DNA of 44,006 bases from Burkholderiales bacterium (GTDB lineage Bacteria; Pseudomonadota; Gammaproteobacteria; Burkholderiales; JAEUOS01): the NCBI GenBank assembly GCA_031387185.1, contig JANNCZ010000565.1, forward strand, positions 1 through 44,006, in the 5' to 3' direction. Positions 24,983-34,369 of this stretch are shown piece after piece. How positions within the stretch are numbered: position 1 is the first letter of the stretch; every line of letters begins with the position of its first letter. The position numbers and the translations under genes were made by a program. A model generated the notes under the pieces. It did no database searches, had not been told where the DNA came from, and saw nothing but the letters and a program-made list of their open reading frames with translations.

Positions 24983-27247
24983 TTACAACGGGGACTGCGT
25001 GACACGGGAAGACAGGGCAACTATTTGCGCACTGGCCGGGCTGCCAGGCGGTATGGCGAGCGCCGTCACTGCATCCATCACGCGTGCGTATTGGTCTTCG
25101 GCTTCGGGCAGGCAGGCAAGGGCGGCAGTGGGCTGATGACCGTGGGCATGTGCTTCAATGCGGGCACACAGTGCGCTCATCTCCAGCGCACCGAGATTGG
25201 CGTGGCTGGTCTTGAGGGTGTGGGCGGCGTTGCGTGCGTCGTCCAGGTGCCCGCCTTCGAGTGCAGCGCGCAACTGTTCGAACAAGGCCGGGGTGCTGTC
25301 GAGGAAGGTGCGGGCGAGACGCGGGATCAGACCGCGCGTGCCATTGCGTTCAAGCGCCAGGAGCCGTTGCAAAGTGTGAGGGTCGAGCACTGTGGCGCCA
25401 GTCACGCGTCCGGGAGTCGCTGCGGCGAAGTCCGTTCGGGCGCTGACTGGCTCTCTCCTGGGGTCTCTCGCGGCGATGCTGGCCATCGCATTTGGTGCCG
25501 CTGCTTCACTTTGCTGCGCGCCATCACGGTGATCCCCATCCTGAGCAGTCACCGGCAGCCATTGCCGGAGCATTGCGTGCAGTGCGGCTTCGGCATAGGG
25601 CTTGGCAAGATAGCCGTCAAAGCCAGCAGCCAGACAGCGCTCACGGTCGCCCGCCATTGCATTCGCCGTGAGTGCAATCACCGGCACGTCACTGGGTACG
25701 GCGAGCACACCGGGGCCGCAGCTCGGGCTTGCACGGATCAGCCTGACCGCCTCAAAGCCATCCATTTCGGGCATCTGGCAATCCATCAGCACCAGATCGA
25801 CGGCTTGATCGGCCAACTGTGCGAGGGCCTGGCGGCCATTTTCTGCAATCGCCACACGGCAGGCCGTGCTGTCGAGCATCGCAATGGCAATTTCTCGATT
25901 GACCGGGTTGTCCTCTACCAGCAGGATGCTGCCGCGCAGTCTTGCCGCCGGCGGTAAGGCTGATGCAACTGCCCCCGCAGCCGCACCCGGCGCGGTCAGC
26001 GCGCTGGCGAGTGCCTTGTACAGCTCGCTGGCGCGTACCGGCTTTTCCAGCCACACCGATACACCGGCCGCGCGTGCACGCGCAATTTCGCCCGGCGCGG
26101 AAATCGAGGTCAGCATCAAGCGCGGCAGGGCAGCGAAGTGGTCATCGCGCTGCAGGGTTTCGGCCAGTTCAACACCGGACATGCCCGGCATCTTCATGTC
26201 GATCAAGGTGGCGGCAAATGGCTGGCCTGCGCATTGGGCGGCGCGCAGCATGTCGAGGGCTTGGTAGGCATCACTCGCGGCGGCGCAGCCCGCTCCCCAG
26301 CGGTGCAACTGGCCGACCATGATGCCGCGATTGGTTGCGTTGTCGTCCACGATCAGCACACGCTGGCCAGCGAGTGCGCCAGCGGCGGCGCTGCGTGGCG
26401 CCAGCAGAGCCGCATCGTGCGTCTGTGCGTCCGGATTGACCGCGGGCAGGGCAATCGCGAAACTGAAGGAGGAGCCGCATCCCGCAGTGCTGCGCATCTC
26501 GAGGTGCCCGCCCATCATGCCCAGCAGACGCTGGCAGATGATGAGCCCCAAACCGGCACCGCCCAAACGGCGCGATGCCGTGGTGTCACCCATCTCGAAG
26601 GCGTGGGTGAGATGCCGCTGCATCTCGGTGCTGATGCCGATGCCGCTGTCGGTCACACTGAAGCGCACCGGGCGCGGCGGTGCAACGGCTAGCAGGGTAC
26701 TGCCAGTGTTGGCGTCTGTGCTGCGGCTCGTGTTGGTGTCTGCGGCGCCTGCGGTGCTTCCGGCGTCATCGGCGTGGGCGTCTTCGCAGGTGACACGCAC
26801 ATTGATCTCGCCACTGGCAGTGAACTTGATGGCATTGCCGATCAGGTTGACCAGCACTTGCGACAGACGTGCGGCATCTGCCATGACCACTGCAGGTACG
26901 GCGGGATCGATCTGGCAAGTCAGCTCCAGCCGTTTTTGGTGGGCGCGTGGTGCCAGCAGATCGGCGGCTTCCTCCACCAGGGCGGCCAGTGCACAGGACT
27001 GTGCATGCAGTTCGAGCCGGCCGGCTTCAATCTTCGAGTAGTCCAGGATGTCGTTGATGATGGCCAGCAGCGCCTCACCGGAGTCATACACGGTTTGCGC
27101 ATAGCGGCGCTGCTGCGCGCTCAGCGCAGTATTGAGCAACAGCTCGGTCATGCCCAGCACGCCATTGAGCGGTGTGCGGATGTCGTGGCTCATGCTGGAG
27201 AGAAACTGCGACTTGGCGCAATTGGCCAACTCGTGTGTGGCTGTCAT
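24983..27247 (-). CDS. Input-less hybrid histidine kinase (HisKA-HATPase_c-REC-REC-Hpt)
   Basis: The ATG at 27247 has AAGGAG 6 nt upstream. The H-box FLSSMSHDIRTPLNGVLGMTELL begins at residue about 16. HATPase motifs are NLIGNAIKFT and GGAGLGLIICQRL. REC1 is LIVDDNATN, TLIDMKMPGMSG, LMLTS and LEKP. REC2 is LLVEDNPVN, LVLMDCQMPEMDG, IALTANA and LAKP. The C-terminal Hpt is AAHTLKTSHANLGA. Confidence 0.9.
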   Translation of the reverse strand: MTATHELANCAKSQFLSSMSHDIRTPLNGVLGMTELLLNTALSAQQRRYAQTVYDSGEALLAIINDILDYSKIEAGRLELHAQSCALAALVEEAADLLAPRAHQKRLELTCQIDPAVPAVVMADAARLSQVLVNLIGNAIKFTASGEINVRVTCEDAHADDAGSTAGAADTNTSRSTDANTGSTLLAVAPPRPVRFSVTDSGIGISTEMQRHLTHAFEMGDTTASRRLGGAGLGLIICQRLLGMMGGHLEMRSTAGCGSSFSFAIALPAVNPDAQTHDAALLAPRSAAAGALAGQRVLIVDDNATNRGIMVGQLHRWGAGCAAASDAYQALDMLRAAQCAGQPFAATLIDMKMPGMSGVELAETLQRDDHFAALPRLMLTSISAPGEIARARAAGVSVWLEKPVRASELYKALASALTAPGAAAGAVASALPPAARLRGSILLVEDNPVNREIAIAMLDSTACRVAIAENGRQALAQLADQAVDLVLMDCQMPEMDGFEAVRLIRASPSCGPGVLAVPSDVPVIALTANAMAGDRERCLAAGFDGYLAKPYAEAALHAMLRQWLPVTAQDGDHRDGAQQSEAAAPNAMASIAARDPRREPVSARTDFAAATPGRVTGATVLDPHTLQRLLALERNGTRGLIPRLARTFLDSTPALFEQLRAALEGGHLDDARNAAHTLKTSHANLGALEMSALCARIEAHAHGHQPTAALACLPEAEDQYARVMDAVTALAIPPGSPASAQIVALSSRVTQSPL

Positions 27248-27263
27248 GGTGTGCTCCTTTTCC

Positions 27264-27761
27264 TCAATGCAGTGCGCGTGAGTGCAGTATCGGTGCGTCG
27301 AACTGCAACTCGCCGGCATGGGCGTTGGCGCCGGCCGCAGTGCCCGCCGCTATGCCGCTGCGCGCGCGCAGAGTATTGAGCTGGCGGCGTGCGTAACGCA
27401 GCGCCAGCAGGTTGACCATGCGCGCTACCAGCTCGGGAAAGTCGACCGGCTGGGTGAGGAAATCAGTCGCACCAGCGCGCAGCGCATCACCGCGTACAAA
27501 CGCCGCCGCCGCTTCGTGCATCAGTACCACCGGCACTTCAGTGCTGGCCGGGTTGGCGCGATAGCGGCGGATGAATTCGAGTCCATCGGTGGCGCGCATC
27601 AGGTGCGCCACCAGTATCAGGTCAGGCTCATGATGCAGGCACCAGTCGAGCGCAGGGGCAGGGTGCGTGAAGGTCAGAACGGTGGCGAGATGGCATTGCC
27701 CGACCGCGTGTGAAAGCCAGGCCAATTCGGATTCGCTGTCGCTGACGATGAGAATTTCCAT
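27264..27761 (-). CDS. Stand-alone pseudo-receiver (REC fold lacking phospho-acceptor Asp, Thr and Lys)
   Basis: The ATG at 27761 has AAGGAA 7 nt upstream. The sequence is MEILIVSDSESE...PDLILVAHLMRATDGLEFIRRYR...VPVVLMHEAA...DFLTQPVDF. Anchored on the conserved DG and on CheY numbering, this gives D57->A, T87->H and K109->Q. It ends 16 nt before the hybrid kinase start. Confidence 0.75.
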   Translation of the reverse strand: MEILIVSDSESELAWLSHAVGQCHLATVLTFTHPAPALDWCLHHEPDLILVAHLMRATDGLEFIRRYRANPASTEVPVVLMHEAAAAFVRGDALRAGATDFLTQPVDFPELVARMVNLLALRYARRQLNTLRARSGIAAGTAAGANAHAGELQFDAPILHSRALH

Positions 27762-27913
27762 GGCGGTGTTCCTTGAGGCGAAGTGGAGCTCGCAGCCGTC
27801 CCGCCCGCCCAATTGCCGCCTGCACAATGGTATGGCCGGATGCTTGGACGAGGTGTCGAGTGCGAATCGGGAATGAAGGTGGACAGTGGGCTTTACGGCA
27901 GCTTTGACCAAAG

Positions 27914-27954
27914 CTTGAGAGCGGCGTGCCGTGCCGGTAACTCTTGAGAGCGGC
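27914..27954. repeat. 12-bp direct repeat CTTGAGAGCGGC x2 (29 bp start to start) in divergent promoter region
   Basis: The copies lie at 27914-27925 and 27943-27954, between the pseudo-receiver operon and the divergent cyclase gene. A second small direct repeat, GGCCATCCC x2, lies at about 28036-28053. Confidence 0.75.
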
Positions 27955-28075
27955 AATACGCGGATCACATCAGCCAATAGTGGTCTGTTCGCGCGAATGC
28001 AAACTGCCCCGCCACCGTAATCTGCGCAGGTTGACGGCCATCCCGGCCATCCCGTTTCCGCCGAGCGCCCCGCCT

Positions 28076-29830
28076 ATGTCCGCCGTTCTGAGCCGATCAG
28101 GAAGTCACAGCAACATCAACCCCGGCGAGGTCGCGCGTGATGTGATCCGTCAGCTTGCCACCCGTCGCCTAGCGCCCACACCCGACAACTACGCCAGTCT
28201 CTACGCCGAGATCTCTGGTGCGGAATCAACCCATCCGGCAGTGACGCTGCTGCGCAACCTCGCCCAGGAGTGGATGCACCAGCCCACCGGCGCAGCGCTC
28301 GCCCGTTCGTTGCACGCTGCAATCAACAAGCTGGCCTGGAAGGATGTGGAAACCGAGCTGGCGCGCCTCGTCAATGCCTTGCGGACGCCTGCCCAAACCT
28401 GGGCGGATCTGCTGCGTGGCCTGTTGCGCCAATGGGAAGCCCGCCACGTCAGCGTCAGCGCGACGCAAAAGCGCGATGCGCTTGAGCAGGCCTTAGGCGG
28501 TGCGGGCGGCGATGTTCATAAACTGCAGCAGCGTGTCAGCTTCCTGGTTAAAAGTTGGAGCGACCTGCCGCAGGTGTCAATGGAAACGGTTAACGCGGGC
28601 GCGCTGGAGCCGGTCAAGACCGATCTCGCAGCAGGTATTGCCTTGCGTGAACTGCTGGCGCAAACACTGGAACTGGCGGTGGTGGCACGCATGGGCTATA
28701 CGCCCGATCTCGCAGCGCACGCGCAGCGCCTCGCACAGGCCTGCCGGGAGGCGGCTACCGTCAAAGAGGTCAACCGCCTGACGCAAGACCTCAAACAATT
28801 CTGGATCCGCCTCGAATTGCGTGGCGAAACCGTTGATGAAATCGTCAGTGGCCTGCGCGGGCTCTTGCAGATACTGCTCGATAACGCCGCTGAATTGGCG
28901 GGGGACGATCCGTGGATGAAAGCGCAAATGGAGCGCGCCCAGACCTTGCTTGCCGATCCGGTTGACGCAGGCGCATTGCGTGAAGCGGAAAAAAGCTTTC
29001 GTGAAGTCGCGGTACGCCAGGGCACGATCCGGCACAGTCTTGACGAGGCCAAGATCGCTCTCAAGAGCATGGTCACCATGTTTATCGACCGCTTGGGTGC
29101 GATGACCGAGAAAACCGGCGACTATCAAAAGAAGGTCGGCCAATACGCGGTGCAGATCGAGGGTGCAGACGACATCGCGCAGTTGTCGAGCGTGCTGTCG
29201 GGGCTGTTGTCCGACACGCGCGGCGTGCAGGCGGACATGCAGCGCACGCGCGATGAACTGGAGCGCACGCGCCAGGAAGCGCAGCAGCGCGAAGAGCGTG
29301 TGCGCCATCTGGAGCATGAACTGGAAGTAACAGCCAATCTGGTGAAGGTGGACCCGCTCACCAATGTACTCAACCGGCGCGGCATGAATGACGCTTATGC
29401 CGCCGAGGAAGCGCGCTGCACGCGCAGCGGATCACCGATGTGTGTCGGTTTGATCGATATTGACAATTTTAAAAGTCTGAACGACCGCCTCGGCCACCAT
29501 GCAGGCGACGGTGCCCTGCAGCACTTGGCAACGATTATGCGCGAGACCGTGCGGCCGTCGGATGTGGTGGCGCGCTTTGGTGGTGAAGAGTTTGTCTTGC
29601 TGTTGCCTGAAACGCCCATTGACGAGGCCGAAAAAGTCATGTCGCGCGTGCAGCGCGAACTGACCAAACGTCTCTACCTGCACAACAACGAGCGTGTGCT
29701 CATTACCTTCAGCGCCGGGGTTGCGCTCGGCCGGCCGGGTGAAAACCGCGACGAACACATTGCGCGCGCCGATGCCGCGATGTACGAAGCCAAGGCGAAC
29801 GGCAAGAATCGCGTGTGCCGTGCATCGTGA
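28076..29830 (+). CDS. Diguanylate cyclase with about 400-aa uncharacterised helical N-terminal domain
   Basis: It starts with the ATG at 28076 (MSAVLSRSGS...). The C-terminal GGDEF domain has DPLTNVLNRRG, IDIDNFKSLND and the active site RFGGEEFVLLL, with RPSD (an RxxD I-site) five residues upstream. A coiled-coil-like stretch QRTRDELERTRQEAQQREERVRHLEHELE precedes it. I saw no TM segment. Confidence 0.88.
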   Translation: MSAVLSRSGSHSNINPGEVARDVIRQLATRRLAPTPDNYASLYAEISGAESTHPAVTLLRNLAQEWMHQPTGAALARSLHAAINKLAWKDVETELARLVNALRTPAQTWADLLRGLLRQWEARHVSVSATQKRDALEQALGGAGGDVHKLQQRVSFLVKSWSDLPQVSMETVNAGALEPVKTDLAAGIALRELLAQTLELAVVARMGYTPDLAAHAQRLAQACREAATVKEVNRLTQDLKQFWIRLELRGETVDEIVSGLRGLLQILLDNAAELAGDDPWMKAQMERAQTLLADPVDAGALREAEKSFREVAVRQGTIRHSLDEAKIALKSMVTMFIDRLGAMTEKTGDYQKKVGQYAVQIEGADDIAQLSSVLSGLLSDTRGVQADMQRTRDELERTRQEAQQREERVRHLEHELEVTANLVKVDPLTNVLNRRGMNDAYAAEEARCTRSGSPMCVGLIDIDNFKSLNDRLGHHAGDGALQHLATIMRETVRPSDVVARFGGEEFVLLLPETPIDEAEKVMSRVQRELTKRLYLHNNERVLITFSAGVALGRPGENRDEHIARADAAMYEAKANGKNRVCRAS

Positions 29831-29836
29831 CGGCGC

Positions 29837-30469
29837 TCACTCCACCAATCCACGCTTGATCGCGTAGTGGGTGATCTCGGAATTGTTGCGCAGGCCAGTC
29901 TTCTCCAGCAGGCGTGCGCGGTAGACGCTGACGGTCTTGGGACTGAGTGAGAGCGTTTCGGCAATCTGCGACAGTTGTTGGCCAGAGGCAATCAGTCGCA
30001 TGGTTTGAAATTCGCGGTCCGACAGCAATTCATGCGGCGCAAGGTCGGTGTCCTGCGCCAAATTGGTCGCCAGCATCTCCGCCACGCTGGGCGTGATGAA
30101 GCGGCGTCCACGCGCTACAGTCTGGATTGCTTCTACCAGTCTCTCGGGCGCACTGTCCTTGGTCAGATAGCCGGCCGCGCCAGCCTTGAGCGCGCGCAGG
30201 GCGTACTGGTCTTCCGGATACATCGACAGGATCAGCACGCGCATCTTAGGGTACGACTCGTGCACGATCTTGAGAATGTCGATGCCGTTCTTGCCGGGCA
30301 TGCCGATGTCGAGCAGCAGCACGTCGCACTCGCCCTTGCGCAACAAATGCATCAGTTCGCCGTAGTCGGCGGCCTCGCCGCACAGTTCGATGCCGGGCTG
30401 GTCACCGGCAATCAGGCGCATGCCTTTGCGTACCACGGCATGGTCATCGGCGATGATGACGCGGATCAT
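29837..30469 (-). CDS. NarL/FixJ-family response regulator (REC + LuxR-type HTH)
   Basis: 210 aa. Receiver motifs are MIRVIIADDHAVVRKG, VLLLDIGMPGKNG, ILSMY and YLTKD. The C-terminal HTH is LSDREFQTMRLIASGQQLSQIAETLSLSPKTVSVYRARLLEK. Its ATG overlaps the upstream kinase stop (ATGA). Confidence 0.92.
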   Translation of the reverse strand: MIRVIIADDHAVVRKGMRLIAGDQPGIELCGEAADYGELMHLLRKGECDVLLLDIGMPGKNGIDILKIVHESYPKMRVLILSMYPEDQYALRALKAGAAGYLTKDSAPERLVEAIQTVARGRRFITPSVAEMLATNLAQDTDLAPHELLSDREFQTMRLIASGQQLSQIAETLSLSPKTVSVYRARLLEKTGLRNNSEITHYAIKRGLVE

Positions 30470-32574
30470 GCATCCGCCCCGTAGGCGGTTTGACCAATGC
30501 GATCATCTGCGGCAGGCAGGCCATCGCGCGCTGCGCTCACGACTCCTGCGTCGCCGGCAGTGACCACAGTACCTGTCGTCCCCGCAGCCCCCACTGCGCG
30601 CGACAGCCCGGCATGCCGGCGCGGCACCGACACCATCAAGGTTGTGCCGCCGTGCTCGTGACCGGCAATGTCGAGCCAGCCGCCCAGTGCACGGGCGCGC
30701 TCCATCATGCCGCGCACACCAAATGAAGCCGGCTTGGCGAGGTCAGCTTCCGAAAAACCGCAGCCATTGTCACGAATCTCCAGGGAGACGTTGCTGCTGT
30801 TGGCAAACATTTCGACATCCACGCGTGAGGCCTGTGCGTGCTTGGCGATGTTGGTGAGTGACTCCTGCAACACGCGAAACAGCGCGGTCGATTGCAACAA
30901 ATCCATCGCCACCTCGTCCTGATTGGTCCTGAACGATACTTCAAGACCCATGCGCGTGCCGAAATCCTTGAGCTGCCAATCGAGCGCCGGGCCGATGCCG
31001 TAATCGAGGATGCCTGGGCGCAATGACGATATGATGCGGTTCGCGGACTGCACCGTGCCATCGATCAACGCGCTCATGTCAGTAAGCTTGGCGGCAGCAG
31101 CGGGATCATCTTCGAGGCGCTTTTTTAGCCAGGCAGCGTCGGCCTTGAGGCCGGCCAGAATGCTGCCAATGTCATCATGAATCTCCCGCGCAACGGCGCG
31201 GCGCTCGTCTTCGCGCACCGACTCCATGTGTGCGGTGAGACGGCGCAGCTCTTCACGTGATTGGGTAAGTTCCGCTTCGGCTTGTTTTTGCGCTGACAGG
31301 TCGGTGATGACGCCGTCAAAGAGGGGATCACCACTGGCGGTCGCTTGCACTGAAGCTGAAATCTGGATCCAGCGCTCCGCGCCATCGGGGCGCATGATGC
31401 GCCACACGCCTTGCAGTGCCTCGCGTGATGCGAGTGACGTGGCTACCGCATCGCGGATCTGGTCGCGCGAGACCAGGTCAAACAGGTTCATGAAATGCTG
31501 CGGCGAGGCAGTGAATTCTTCCGGCGCAATGCCAAACAAAGTGACCGCGCCTGGGCTCATGTAGGGCAAGCGTGCCTCACCACTTGCTTTGTCAAACACC
31601 ATGCGAAACAACACTCCCGGCAGATTGTCCGAGATTGCCGTGACCCGTGATTCGCTTTCACGTTGCGCGGCTTCGGCTTTCTTTTGACCGGTAACGTCCA
31701 CGGCAAAGAGCACAGCGCCTTCGTTGTCTGCCCGACGCAAATGCAGAGGCGCTGCCGAAAAAAGTAGATGGGCCTGCCGGCCGCTGGGAAATGTCCATTG
31801 AACGGGCCGCTGTGAGAAGGCTCCACCGGAACGCATCTCGCGCAGCAAATTCTCGAATTTGACGTTGCTGTCCTGCACGGCAAACGCTGGGCGCCTTCCC
31901 AGAAGGGCGGGCAATTGCTCGAACAGCGCGTTTGCGGCGGGATTGAACAGGGTGATCCTGCCCTCGCCATCGAGTGCCACGATCGCCACCGGCGCAGCCG
32001 CGACGAGGGTACGGAAATAATCTTCGGAAACCCGCAGGCTCTCAACCGCTACGCGGTGTTCGCGCCGCACCGCAGCGGCCTGCAGCGCCAGCGCGAGGGC
32101 GGCCGGCAGGCGCGACAGATTGTGTTTCATCACATAGTCGTCGGCGCCGTCGTGCATCAGTTGCACGGCCACGTCTTCGCCCACCGCGCCGGAGACCACA
32201 AGGAAAGGAATATCGCGTCCGCTGGCGCGCACCAGCCGCATCGCCGCCTGCGCATTGAAGCGCGGCAAGCGGTAGTCGGAAATCACCACATCCCACGGCG
32301 CGCCATCCGGGAGGCTGTCTGACGTCAAGTCGTCCCTGCTGCCGAGCGCCTTGCGCATGGCGGTTTCTTCTTCGACCCGAATTGAATCGGGACTGAGCGG
32401 AAACTTGGCTGCCTTGAGCGCGCGCAGCATCAACTCGTAGTCGAGCTCAGTGTCCTCGACAAACAGAATGCGCACTGGTGCGGCCGGATCGTAGCTAGGC
32501 AGCGGTCCGCGCGGTGAGGCGTGCAACAGCTGCGGCAGGGTAAATCGCTGATCGACGGGAGTGATGGCGTCCAT
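30466..32574 (-). CDS. REC-PAS-PAS-HisKA_3-HATPase_c sensor kinase
   Basis: 702 aa. The N-terminal receiver is ILFVEDTELD, VVISDYRLP, LVVSG and YVMKH. Two PAS-like segments follow. The HisKA_3 H-box is AREIHDDIGSILAGLK. HATPase motifs are LQESLTNIAKHA, IRDNGCGF and FGVRGMMERA. Confidence 0.9.
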   Translation of the reverse strand: MDAITPVDQRFTLPQLLHASPRGPLPSYDPAAPVRILFVEDTELDYELMLRALKAAKFPLSPDSIRVEEETAMRKALGSRDDLTSDSLPDGAPWDVVISDYRLPRFNAQAAMRLVRASGRDIPFLVVSGAVGEDVAVQLMHDGADDYVMKHNLSRLPAALALALQAAAVRREHRVAVESLRVSEDYFRTLVAAAPVAIVALDGEGRITLFNPAANALFEQLPALLGRRPAFAVQDSNVKFENLLREMRSGGAFSQRPVQWTFPSGRQAHLLFSAAPLHLRRADNEGAVLFAVDVTGQKKAEAAQRESESRVTAISDNLPGVLFRMVFDKASGEARLPYMSPGAVTLFGIAPEEFTASPQHFMNLFDLVSRDQIRDAVATSLASREALQGVWRIMRPDGAERWIQISASVQATASGDPLFDGVITDLSAQKQAEAELTQSREELRRLTAHMESVREDERRAVAREIHDDIGSILAGLKADAAWLKKRLEDDPAAAAKLTDMSALIDGTVQSANRIISSLRPGILDYGIGPALDWQLKDFGTRMGLEVSFRTNQDEVAMDLLQSTALFRVLQESLTNIAKHAQASRVDVEMFANSSNVSLEIRDNGCGFSEADLAKPASFGVRGMMERARALGGWLDIAGHEHGGTTLMVSVPRRHAGLSRAVGAAGTTGTVVTAGDAGVVSAARDGLPAADDRIGQTAYGADA

Positions 32575-32589
32575 CCGGAATGGCGGCTA

Positions 32590-34174
<1,585 letters not shown>

Positions 34175-34369
34175 AGAGGGCTCCTTGATGAGGCAATGAT
34201 GCGTTGGTAAATGGTTGTTGGCAGTGGTTGTGGGCAGCGAAGCTTATTTATCCGATGATAACTTATGGTGTACATTTACGCCTCGAAAATTTGCAGTGCT
34301 GCTGCGTGTATTTGCCCTTGGCACCGCATCACGCGCCGCACATCGCCATCAGTCAACGCAGGAGTCACC

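Noticed and set aside
27248-27319. 24-codon N-terminal extension of the hybrid kinase in the ORF track
   Set aside because: It would overlap the end of the pseudo-receiver gene and lacks an RBS. The ATG at 27247 has AAGGAG at ideal spacing. Even if the extension were used, it would add no sensor domain.
27762-27977. 72-codon extension of the pseudo-receiver ORF, and the 27944 start of the cyclase ORF
   Set aside because: The extensions are non-homologous and low-complexity, and they overlap each other in the divergent promoter region. Internal ATGs (27761 with an RBS, and 28076) give proteins that start at the domain boundaries.
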